Source: Oculina patagonica (lineage: Eukaryota). From it: 64,000 nucleotides of DNA. Location: assembly GCF_052425735.1 (NCBI RefSeq), contig NC_135770.1, positions 11,222,001 to 11,286,000 of the forward strand, given 5' to 3'. This document shows positions 38,801 to 51,500 of the stretch, one piece after another. The position numbers were made by a program, and so were the translations under genes. Position 1 is the stretch's first letter. Each line of letters begins with the position of its first letter. The notes beneath the pieces were generated by a model. That model was given only the letters and a program-made list of their open reading frames with translations, was not told the origin of the DNA and made no database searches.

Positions 38801-40875
38801 CTTTGGGAATTCTATAAATTTACTGCTACACTTGTTGGGGGTCATGTAAGGTGTCATTAAAAAATCCTTCATTATATTTTCGAGCGCAGTTCATTTTACA
38901 TTACCTTTATTGCATGAGCCAACGCACTGACCGACATCAACAGTTTTCTCATATGTGGTTCCCCAGTGGAATACCCGGATGTTTGTCTGTCTGTGACAGC
39001 GAGGGCGAGGATCAAGACAGTGGCAGCTAAGAGCGCTGGTGACCTGCTTTAGACCTTCCAGTAGAGCAATCTCTTCAACTAAACTTTCATTTGCCACGCA
39101 CATTCGAGGGACATTACAAGGCTGAGAAAGAACGTAAAATAAAATCCTCAATTCGTTTAGGTGGAGACTTTTCTCTAAGCACACTAAATTGTTTTGTCAT
39201 ACGCAAGAATGAGGCCGTCCAAGCGATGTACAATCAACTGAACTGATCAGTAGGACAAAAAAAATTGAACGATGCGTTACAAGATTACTGTTTTGTTTCG
39301 TCTAGCTGTTACAAATAGCCTTATGTTACAAACAGCCTTATCAGTCGGGACGAAGAGGATTACGCAACAAAAAACGCTCTCTTACACCGTGTAATAAATT
39401 CTGCTTGTCAAATTGCCAATCCAGCAGTGCTCATATAAATTACCCGCTATTCTCTTCGAATTTAGCTTAGAGCGGGTTATTCTGTTTGAAAATGCTTTAT
39501 TTTTTCAGCGTAATGCTTTCTGCTGAACGGCCACTGAAATGGCTGAATGGTCAATGCGGGAGTGGCCTTTTCTGCTCGAAGCCGCTATGTCGGCAGAATT
39601 GATCCAAGCCCCATATCAGCATATTTTCATGGCTCTTCTATTTTGTAAAATACATCTGACGTACATTCAGCTAATAAACCAGGTTGTGGAAAAAAAGATT
39701 GTGGGGTAAATCACTGATTTAGTTTTTACCATTCCGCGGCGTTGATCTGGCTTTTCTGTTGTTTGGACAGAAGTGATACGACAATGGTTAACATTTCTGT
39801 GAACGGTCTGCAAATCTATCCCTGAAAAAGAAAATTTAACCATCAACAGAGTGGGAAATCGTCACTAAGATTATAAAGTCAATGGACATCAGAACCATAA
39901 CTGAGATGCTAAAGAAAAAACGCTTAGATAAACGAAAGGAAGATAGATGGATGCACGAAGAGATGGATACGTACTAGATTCGATAATAAATTACAAAACA
40001 CTTTGTAGCGCAAACATCTATTTCACCAGCTTTCTATGACAAAATTTTGAGTGTTCTTCACGGCTTATTTTATAGATTTTTTGTTCGAATAAGTTAACTT
40101 AGATTGTCATTAATTAAAAACTGCCGGACAAAGCGTCATTTCAGTTCATCGTTTTCAAGGCGATATTGAGCCCTGGACAGCTTGGTATTTGATTATTGAA
40201 GGTAGCTTTGAAAACTGAGATATCAATTTAGCTGCAAGAAGTGAAATACTAATATTTGTAAATTACCTTGTCCAAAATGTTCTTCTTGACTCACCAAACC
40301 ACAAATACTTGTTGTTCCTTTGCCATGAGACCCGCCATGAATGATCTGACGGCTGAAGTAATCTTAAAAAAAAGATATGAAATGAAAAAAAATGTTGTTG
40401 TATTTGTCTTTTTATGTTGCCGAATAATATAATTTTACTTTGTATTCCGTACCTTGGCTAACCGGTAAAACGTGCATGAAAGCGGACTAAATCGGAACTG
40501 AGCAATTGAACATATATCAGCGCGTAATCAATTTACTGTGTTTGAGCTCCGATTTTTCTAAGAGAACTCTTTAGACTAATTGCATAATTCAAACTTGTTT
40601 GCCGAAAATGAAAAACCGACCTGATATCGTAGAGATATATAACATATTTTGTTGTGCTAGAATAAAGATACGAAAAAAAAGTGATAAAGCAAACTAAAAA
40701 TAAATTGCGGTAAACACACACCTTTCTCCCTGCCTTTTTCCTTGGACTCTTCAGTCAGTTCGCTCACTGGAAACTGTGAGCTTAATCGACCATCTACCAG
40801 GAAGACCACTGTTGCAAGAATTAGAAACAAAAACAATATATTTTTCGCATAAGTCACGGTTATCTTATTTCCCAT
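35885..40875 (-). CDS. pnhd-like: Pinhead-like secreted triple cystine-knot protein B, ~329 aa, 8 exons (40875-40722, 40362-40267, 39821-39730, 39121-38905, 37968-37912, 37512-37385, 36624-36560, 36065-35885)
   Basis: GT-AG, open frame, hydrophobic signal peptide. LLEGLKQVTSALSCHC...CHRQ...YEKTVDVGQCVGSC...CLP...GPNGAHCVEKVLKCGC...IDVGRCVGEC...VIKRCKCN*. Intron phases 1,1,0,1,1,0,2 are identical to gene A. Confidence 0.88.
36169..36465 (+). mobile_element. Near full-length tRNA-derived SINE
   Basis: A-box (TGGCCTAAATGG) and B-box (GGTTCGAGCCC) head, a body shared with other copies in the window, and a CTTTACCT tail. Confidence 0.85.
38299..38700. repeat. Near-perfect 202-bp tandem duplication containing a MITE-like unit
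   Basis: TCTACGGTAGACCTGCCAGCAGG... starts at both 38299 and 38501. Confidence 0.92.
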
Positions 40876-41377
40876 CGCTCAGGTGTGTTGAAGATTTATT
40901 CCTCGACTCGCGTTTTTCGACCCTCGCTAACAGCCTGCCTCCTTTTTTGTTTAAACGTAACCGTGTTCTGTTTGCCGAACTTAAGGACATTTAATGACGT
41001 CTCATTAGAATACAAAAGCACTGTCCATTGCTGATACCTTACTGGACTACAGGAACAGACATTATTGTTCTTTTATATAATGCCTTTTGTCATGCTTTGT
41101 TATATTTTGATTATATGTTCACCTCGCGCGGGACGTGTAATAAATAGGTTTTGATTAGCGTTATTAACCTGGTTTGTGGATTTCTCTATGCTTGCAACAA
41201 CAGTACTATTTTCCCAAATGAAAAAATGAAATATTATCAATCCTGGTAGGTATAAATCGGTGTGTAATGCGGTCCTCGAGAGAGCAGGAGCCTGGGATTG
41301 ACTATGAAAGTTACTGCTGGAAAATACTGTAGACCGTACCGCAGGCGCAGATTCCAGAAAGTAGTAACTGAAAAAAG

Positions 41378-44300
41378 ATGGCGTCGATGGCGTCCATATC
41401 AAATGCTTGGAAACTGGGAATATTTTATACATTTCTCGCTAGTAACGGTAAGTAGTTAACTTTTTCCATTATTGAGTCTTTTATAATACTTTTATGAACG
41501 TAAATATCTACAATCTGAACAAGAATTCTCAAAGATTTACGAGGAATCTTGTTTTGGAATACAAATTCGACAGACGCTTCGGTCACTGTAAACAATGTCG
41601 CGACTCCAATATTTCGATTGTTGTTTGTGATTAATAACAGAAATACGAAAAATAAATCAATGTTTGTTTAAAGTAGTCATATTTCTCAGTACCTTCTAGC
41701 TTCTAGTGCCCTTTTTCTGTCTTTAAATGTTAGCAGTGTTGTGTTGAATTTCGGTAAACAAAACAATTAAATGGAACACTTTTCTCGCTCGGTTGATTTG
41801 CATTTGTATAGATCGCATTGAATTGCTAAACTAGTCTAAAGAGATTGTTACTTATCGTTTATGCGAGATTACAATTGTTGTCTATTACAATCCTGATCTA
41901 AAAGGATTGGAAATATATGGGATAAAAATAAAGTTAAAATCACGCAATTATTTTCTCAAAGTTAATATTGGATTTCATCGAAAACGATGAGCGTTTTGTA
42001 CAGTTGCAAATGGCTGTTAAGTAATAGATTTCCAATTTCATGTCTAAAAGTTAACTATTAAGTTTAAAATAAAGTTAACTAATATGGTTTTCATTTAAAG
42101 AAACAAATTAGGCCTAGGTGCCTTAATTCAAACCAAAAAACTGACTAAATTTTCGACTGGCGAGATACAGAGCTTTCTACTGTAGCCAATAAATTATAAT
42201 TTGTAGGCTTATTTTGACTGACAAGACTGGTAGATTATTTCAATTCAGTTACTATTGTGTTAAATTGAAATTAATTTAAAAAGGATAATACCAAATTATA
42301 ATAATTGTTGGAGATTATGACAATTTACTCAAAAGAGACCACATGTGTTGTAATTAATATTTATTGGTTAAAAACGTCTGGTTTGGCAGGGAAAGTATTT
42401 AATGTACCTTTGTCTGGCTTCTGCTTCTTTTTTTCTAATTTTAAAGGGGGCTAACAAACCTATTTGTATAAATGTAACAACTACTCTTTAGATTTTAATG
42501 CTATTATTAATTAATAATAAGTGATATTATATTATTATTTATTTAACAAATCAAAGTCTGAAAAAAATGTGGTTGCATGTGATTGTATGTGGCATAACCT
42601 CAGCTTCATCCTACACTGGAGTGTTGTCTGCTTTTATACATCAAGGCAGGTTAAACATGATATCTTTCTTGTCGACCAAGTCCAAGGGCTGTACTGGGAG
42701 ATATCTACCTTACGTCTTGACAATATACATCAAGCATAGAAACATCTGTACAGAAAAGGCAGAGGGTCAAAATTTTCTCAGTACAGTTTCCAAGTAAGCT
42801 TGTTTAATAACAGACTTTTACAGGTCAGACTAGCCCCCTCTTCTCATGATTGAAAATAAAAATTTAACTGTAGCTTTGTGTACTCTTAATGATTAACTTT
42901 CATTTTCTGAAAAAGGTTTCGTTTATGGCTTATCACCACCGCCAGTAAATGGCACTTCTGTAAAAGTTGGCTATTTATGGGAGAATCCAAGACAGGAAAA
43001 TGTTGACACTTCAGAGGTAGTAATGGACAAAAAACACTTGAACAGTGTTCTAAGATTGATTTGCGACATTTCTCCACCATTGCCAAATGACGAAGATCAC
43101 TGGGAAACAAGAGATGAACTCGTTAAATGGTACAAATTGAGTCCCAAGACAGAGGAAGTGAAAAGCATGCGTTACTGGTCCAGTGATATGACAAAAACTG
43201 CTATTTCATTCTCAAGTGTGGCACTTGATACTCTTGGAACTTATTTATGTGTCTATGATGGTATTTCAGCTGCCATTGATGTTTTAGGTAAGGAAAGTTT
43301 GTCCATTAAATCAATGGACACACATATAAATGTGATGTCTGTAAAATCTGGTATAATTTGACTGAAGCAGACTGTTGTTAACATGTCAGCTGTGCATGAA
43401 ATCTTACCCTTGACATGTCAATTCCATGTTGAAATGTCCTCTAAGATTTTGATGGGCCTATTAAAAACAAGGAACCCAACCATAAAAAGTGATAATTATA
43501 TTAAAAGTTCAAATAACATTTGTTGTGTGGCAGTGGTACATGAAATGTATAGGATGCATCTGTGTAAATCGTAAAACTTTAAGTATCATATATGACATAA
43601 CAACCCTCCAAGTTAAGACCATTTTAGTCGCCATGGCGACTAAATTTGAACTTACTCGCCATCCTTGGTCAGTGAAATTAAGAAGAAGGATTGAAAGCAT
43701 GCGCTTAATTTAGCGACTAAAACTAAGCTTTTTCACTGGCGACCAATTTTGAGCAGTCGGTGGCCAAATGGCCACTAAGGGAAATAAATAACTTGGAGGG
43801 TTGCATAAGTGTTTATTAATTTAATATATTATTATTATTCTAGTGGCTGATGTGGAGGTAGCCAAAGCTCTTAAAACAGCTAGTAATTTGACCGAGCTTT
43901 ACACTTTCGTCTCGTACATGAAGGATAAGTCTGGGATAAATGGATGGAAAGAACAACAACATCTCTTACAGGTAGGATTTAAATTTACCCATTGCATTTT
44001 TTTGCAGTATTACAGTAATTTTTACCCAAAGATAACTTCAATATTGACCATACAACATTACTAAAATAACATTTGGAATTGCATGGCTAGTTTATTTCCC
44101 CATAACATTATACATGTATACTGCTTTTGGTGCAGCTTACATCACAAGTATAAGCACATAATATTATGATTTCTTGAGGGAATTTTCAACTTGGTTCTCT
44201 TGCATTGAAGAGATGCATGTATATATTAGGCACTTGTTAATTTTAATGCAAACTTATAACCGGTATTAGTGCACTTCTCTTGTGTATTAAAAAAATCTTG

Positions 44301-45441
44301 TGTCCTTGTGGTATAAAAATCAACAATGCACTCAGGTGCATTAGCTATTCCCTTTTGCTGCAATGAACACCGTGAGACATGTTCATTTCATGGTATATAT
44401 TCCCAGGGGGGGACTCCGACTTGTGAATGACGGGGATGATTGAATGAAGGCAAAACTCAGGACCCAAAAAAGTCCCTAAGTCTTCTGACATTACCCAAAA
44501 AAATCCCTGGACCAAAAATAACCCCTTAAAAATTCCTTGTCAAATTACTCCTAAATTGCCAGGAGGGCAAATAATGCTCGGGTTTGATTATTCATCATAC
44601 CATTATAAATACGCCAAGGCCGTGCCAAAGCCCTTTAGTTTGTTTTTAATACCCTAAAAGATCCCTTATTTGAATCAAGTCACCCGAAAAAATACTTGCC
44701 AAATCTTCTTACCCAAAAAAATCCCAGAATCGAAAATTTCAAACCCAAAAAAATCCTTCGATCATCCCCGTCATTTACAAGCCGGAGTACCCCCCCCCCC
44801 CCCGGGTATATATTATACCTACTCCTAGGGAATGTTGATGTACTGCAACGAACTGCAACAAGTCAAAGGTTGCCTAGTATAACAAAGCCTTGAGAGTTTC
44901 ATTTTTTAAAACAATAATTTGCCTAAAATGTGACAGCACCTTACAGTTTTTCTGTTTTAATACAGCCCATCGGAACCATAGAGTATTGTCCAACAGAACA
45001 AAATTCTCATAAAGCTGCAAAATCAGGTTTGTAACTCTGTATGAAATATTTAGATGTTGGAGTAAAGCGAGTTAATAATCTTAACCAATGATTAATTTCC
45101 TTGCACCCTCATTGGACAGAACACATCAAATGGTACAAAACTGGACAACGGCCGTTATCAGACAATGTACTCGGTCTGATTTGATTCTGTCGCCCCATTC
45201 ATAGAGGAGTACAAAGTTAGATGAACAAACAGTCACCTTTTCAAGTCTAACTTTAGTTATTTAAAAACACACAGTGTTATGAAAATTAATTACATAAACC
45301 AATCAACTTGCAATTATCAGTGTAGTTTTTCTTTTAAAACCTTGGGGGTGGGGGTTAATAAAATAAATAAATAAATATTAAATAAACCCCTTTTGTGGCT
45401 TGCTGGTATATCAGAGGGTAGTACCTTTTCCTGAAAGATTG

Positions 45442-45476
<35 letters not shown>

Positions 45477-45483
45477 TGAGCGA

Positions 45484-45519
<36 letters not shown>

Positions 45520-48500
45520 ATAGACAAGGAGGGCGAGTAGTCTAATTGTTTTAGTAGAAACTCTAAAGAATTGCAGTCCAAAACCTACAATTTTATGTAC
45601 TTTTAAGCCAAAAATCAAGAAAAAATCACCGTTTAAAGAGCAACGCGCGTGCGATTGTTTTCTATCGGCGAATAGAAATCAATGGGAGAACCAATCAGAT
45701 TCGCGGATTTCCAATAGAACACGACTGAGTTTCTACTAATAAATGTTAGAAATTGATTGGCCAGGCAATTAACTGTCAATGATCATGATGATTATTTTAC
45801 AGTTGACCAGTTGTATCCAATGGATATCAAAATTGTTGCTGCAATGGGTGATGCCTTTACAGTAAGTAATATACAAAATTGATCTTCTTTAAATCAGTTG
45901 ATATTGAAACAATGTTTAATTTTTTTCTTGGGCATTATTGTTGTAACATCCGTATTTTTAATTTATTTTACTACTTATTTTTAAGTTGGGACTTGGAGCA
46001 AGGGCCACATCGATAAATGGATATTTTAACGAATACAGAGACATCTCGTGGAGGTACATAGTAAATCATTTATTTAATTATATTGTTGTTTACTCATACC
46101 GTAATCAGCTACAGGGTTTTCAAATCAAGCGGGTAATCGCTGGAGTTCTACCGGCTTCTTGTTGATGTGTCACCGATTACCGTATTTACTCAAATAAGCG
46201 CCGCGGCGCTTATTAAATTTTTTGCGCCTCCAGTGTGGCGCTTATTCGAGGGCGGCGCTTATTTCAAATTTGGACGCAACAAAGAATTTTATCTCCTACA
46301 GTAATTTAAAATACCTTATTATAGAAAATTAACGATACATGTAATTTACGTGAATTTCAAAAATTAGCATTAATTTTATGTACCTTAATTTATGTCATTG
46401 TTAATTTAAATCACACTATTTTACAGCATTGTTATTTTAAGAGACATTTATTTTCTGCAAAGTTATGTTTACACGTGATCTACTTCTCCGTCAAAGCCGC
46501 AGGAATAATAGAGGCAGCACAGGCGGCCCAGGCGTGATATGTGATCAATGTGATAATAATTTGGCCGATTGCGTAAGTCTGGTTCAGCCGTTTAAGACAA
46601 TGTATGAGAAATCTTCAAAAATTGCTCTAAATATTACATTTGTAAATGAACTGAAATAAAAATGGCTTACCTCTTGCAGGGATCCATATTCGTTTTTTCT
46701 CCAAGTCGTCAGCCGGGCAAGTATGCAAGATGACATACTTGCCCTGGCAAAATTTTACTTGCCCGTTCAAAAGTGAAGAATGGCGTTGTTATTATCACAT
46801 GCATGTAACACTGTGTATACATAAAATCAAGATTCAAGACAACATAAATAAATTTTGATTCACACGTATTTGTTAATGAGACTTTTTACTTGTCTACCTT
46901 GGCTGCCGGTTTACAAATGTCACAAAACATCACGCCCCCAAGCGGCTTGTGATGTTGCGGAAGCGTATGATGCGGGCACAAATGAAAGCCAGGGCCTTTT
47001 CGACTGCAACCACGGAAGAAAAGAACGCTTTTTCTCTTCTTATTCATATTTGGTTTGTTTTTCTGAAGTGTTAACATTGCTTTTTTTCTTCTTTGCTGGC
47101 GGTGCCAGACCAAGATAATGGCAATTTTTTATCAAAACATCAGCTGATGCGATCGCCTCGTGTTTTCGCGGATGCAGCTGCAGTACAAAATATCAGCGGT
47201 TGAGAGCTTGAAAATTGAGCCTGCAATGATTTCATTGATGGAAAATACCTATGGTGGGTGATTACCGTCATAATTAAACTTTGGATTTTGTTACTTGTTA
47301 TTGCATTTTGTTTTACAATAAGTTGCTTGTGTGTTTGAATTTTATGTTGGTTGTATCAATTTTCTGTCAGAATTCAGAAATTTTCGCCTAATCAAATTTT
47401 CGGTAACTCTAAACTTTCTAGTCATTTGAATTTTTCAGGTTGTGCCAGTTTTCGGGAACTATTCCAATTTCAGACTGTTTTCGTTTTTCGTTTCTGGTGT
47501 ATTTTCTGCCAGTAGTTCGAATTTTCCGACACATTCAATTTTCTGCCAGTAGTTCGAATTTTCAGACACATTCAATTTTCTGCCAGTAGTTCGAATTTTC
47601 GGACACATTCAATTTTCTGCTACTACTAGTTCTCGAATTAGCCTGGGGACTAGTGGGAGGAGTGGAAGTCACCAGATCGAGGTAATTTATTTCCCGCCTT
47701 GTTGATCCAAGATGGCGGATAGAGAGCCTTCGTCAAATTTTTCCCAGGCCATAAATCTTCTGCGCCAGGCAACGGAAATTCTTTCATCAAGTGAAAATGA
47801 AAATAATTCGTCGTCATCAACACCGTCTGGACCTTCAAACGGTAGTGGAAGGGCTCAAAGTGCCACTCATCCCGCAGATCCCGGTCCTTCACAAGACCGT
47901 GACGCAGCCGTCATGGCAAATTTCAGAAACCTTTTTTCACCGTATCCGGCATCTACTAGTTCATCATTTTCCCGTTCTCAGAAACCCTCACGGCCATCAA
48001 AGCGGGGAAGTCGACCAAGTCCTTACTACAAACCCAAAGAGACATGGACACACGATTTTTTTTGTCTTGCTAGTCCTCAGCAGGATCAAGTTCCATCGAA
48101 GTCTCAGAAGCTCGAATTGCAAGCTGCTGGCTTAGGAAGAAAAAAGGTGGTTCTTGGTAACAAAGACGGGGCAGTAGAGGTTAGCAAGAAGTTGGAAACT
48201 GCATACCCTAGACTGAAAGCCGGAGGTGGATTTGAAATATTGAGGAGTGGAATTGGCAGCAGTCTTGCTTTTGTACCACCACCAGCAACAGGATACTCTG
48301 TTCCTTACCTGAGGGATCAGGCAGGTCTTGGACAGGCCCTGGCCTATCTACGGCCATTGCAAGCAGAACTAGATGTTTCTCCCATTTCAACTGATATGGT
48401 GAGTGCAAATAGCATTTATAAAAAAATTGTAGTGGTGGATCATGGCTAAAGTCTTTCAAAAGTATATTTTATTACAAATATTATCTTTTTAAGAACTATT

Positions 48501-51500
48501 CGCTTTTTTGTTTACCCCTCAAATTTCTCTTGGGACGATTGTACGTCATTGTAAATCCCAAGAAAAATTGAAAACAATGCTTATGCAAAGATTTTGGGGG
48601 GTAAACAAGATGTATTATGGGAATGGTGAAAACAGCGAATAGGAAAATGTTGGAATCAAAATAATGACATACTGTTTACATTATTATTGTTAGGCTTCTA
48701 CAGCACAAGCAAATTCAAGTGTCCCTCAAGTGAACTGTACAACATGCGGGTTGCAGCTTAATGTGACAGAAGTCAGGTCCCATCAGCAGATATGCAGCAG
48801 AGAGGATGTAGATGCTGAAATAGATGCCCCTCCAGCACAGCGAATAACTCACATTGAAATTTCAGATTCTCATGGGGTAATCTATTTACTTCTTAGGTAC
48901 TAGACATCAATTTCATGTATAGGGGGAGGGGATTTTATTTTTTCATTGACCCATCACTGTGCTAAAAAGTACTATAAAAATTCCCTTTTCCCTCCATCTC
49001 CCTTGCCCCTCTTCCCTTCAGTCAAAAGTCACCTGTATAAAGACTTACAGATTATGTTCAGTGTGTACTACAGATGAAGCTTTTACATGTCAATACTTTC
49101 AGATTATTTTGATGATTTTTTGGAAGTGAATATACCTCATGTTTTGTTGCCCCCCATTGAAGCATGTGACAATACTTAGGAGATCTGATTCTTTATGTTG
49201 TTGTAAACATTGTTAATACATTGTAATTGATAAGCTCATGTCAGATTATTGACAAAAGCAAACATTGTGTGCAGTCAATGGAGATTATTTGTAGAAATTT
49301 TTTAAGGAATATCTTTTATTACTCATCAGAGTTTATCACAGATGGAAACTGCTGAGAAGGAAAGCAAGTCAAATGGTAACATATTGTTATTAGCAAATAT
49401 ACAGTAACGATAAAGATGAGATGTTCTAGTATGGGACAAAGAAAAGTTCTGAGTGCCCGACAGGGATCAAACCCATGGCCTCCTAGATACCGGAGACTCA
49501 GAATTTTTCTTTGCCCCATGCTCGTGTCATGTAGAACATCTCATCTTTGTTATTTATTTGCGAACTTAAAATTTACCATCTTTATTATTTAATACACAGC
49601 CTCATAATTATTTCCCTCATAATAATAAATTACCACCCAATGACCCTTTATTTGGGGGGGGGGGGGTGAAATCTGGATGTTTTCTGAAACAGCAAGTATA
49701 CGTGTATTAACATTATTTTGTACCTTACAAATCAAGATATATCAAAGCTCAAGGAGATGTTTCCAAGTGAAACTGAAGCTGCCCTTGAAAATGTCCTGGA
49801 CTTCAGCTTAAATGTGGAAGATGCAATTGATACTCTTGTAAACAAACCATCTGGTCAGTACCCATATGGAATAATATAATTGTGTTCTTGTCTCATGTCA
49901 GTGGGATCTACATTTTGTAGTCGCATGTAGTATATATAGACATTCTAAAGTAAAATTCATTTGTACAAGATTTTTTTTGTCACTCTTATTTCTATGTTAT
50001 TTATTTCAACCTTGAATTTGGAAAACGTTCTTATTCAGTAGACAAGAAAAGATATTAGTTTACTCATACTCCTTTTTTAGTTTTGTTCTTGGTTCAAATT
50101 TCCTTTCCTTTTGCCCTATACTCATTATCGTACATTAATAAAAATAAAAACAAAAGAAATGAAAATTTAACCAAGGATGAAATTTAACCACAACATTAAT
50201 CTATTTAGCCTAAGCTGGAAAATTATCAGTTGTCATATGTATACTTAAGGCATGGAGGGGGGAGGGGAGGTATTAATGGTAGATAAGGGTGCTGTTCTTT
50301 TAGGTAGGAGTGCTATCCCTAGAGGTAGGGTTCAGGCTGTATTTCCTATCACAATGCATTATTCAATTTTATTGTTTCTGTCGCGGAATCTTTACAAATC
50401 CCGCAGTCGTGGTCAATAATCAATGAGGACTGTATATCTTCGCTACAGTTTTATTTGCGGTGTTTCATTCCAAGTTCTTTCACAATTCAACAATCTAGCG
50501 ATTCGTCAATCTAACAATCCGGAAGTTTTTTCCGTTAACAATTCTAACACGATCTGATCTTACAATATACTCTACTTCAATTTTAATATCCTGTCTTGCA
50601 AAACCAGTAATTTTCCCATGATCACGAGTAGTGTAAAATCCCAAGCCTAAGTATTGTAATAATACTAAATTTAATTCCTATTTCACAATAGCACGTTCTC
50701 TTCCCTAATTTAGATAGCTATACGCGTGCAATTACATCAGTTCTCTTACAGCAATACATAGTTAATAGAGGGAAATGGTTATGAAGCCCGGGAAAGTTTT
50801 TTGTTATAGGTTATTGTTCGCTATTTTGAGGGTTGACTGTGCACAAAACCTGACAAAATACAAAAGGTGGTTACGTGTGTTCATGCAACTAACCAATTAA
50901 AACATTTGGATTACGTAACTCATGCATAGTGTATGAGAGCAAAACAAAAGATGTGCACGGTCATGGACCTTCCAACCTAAATTTTGGCCCTTATTGTTTG
51001 CTCCTTTGATGTTTGCCGGGCTTCCAAACCATTTCCCTGTATTAACTATGAGTAATAAAACTACGGAGTTTGTTTGCATTGTTGTGAAATATTATGTCAC
51101 GAAATCTACGTGTTACAAGCTTTTTGTTTAATAGTAATCAGTATAATAGTTAATATTTTGTGGCATTGCGTTACGGTCTAAATTAATGATCAATAATATG
51201 TGTAATATTTTTCAACAGTTTCTACAGTTGACTGGGAACCTCCCCCAATGCTTCAGCCCCGAAATGTATCAGCAACAGAAGCAACAGGAGGTATGTATTA
51301 TTGCGGGCGACCAGAGGAGCCCGTAATCCTAATCTCAACGTTGTTTTTACGCATGCGCGACATGTATATAGCCAGAACCTTTCCCGATTTTTTCTTCTTT
51401 CACCAAGAACGAACGACAAGAATTTTTTAAAGATGGCCGCCGCGTTGGCCAGTGTACTGAATTTACAAAGCCAAAGTTTCGCTTCATTTGTGTGTTAATG

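Noticed and set aside
45443-45740. Repeat fragment resembling tyrosine-recombinase (Crypton/DIRS-like) element ends
   Set aside because: No definable termini, TSD or coding remnant in the window, so the class cannot be supported.
51228-51290. Possible extra exon ([21 protein letters not shown]) in intron 4 of the HECT gene
   Set aside because: Good splice signals, but it enters in phase 1 and exits in phase 0, which would frameshift the HECT exon. It may belong to another insert whose ends I could not define.
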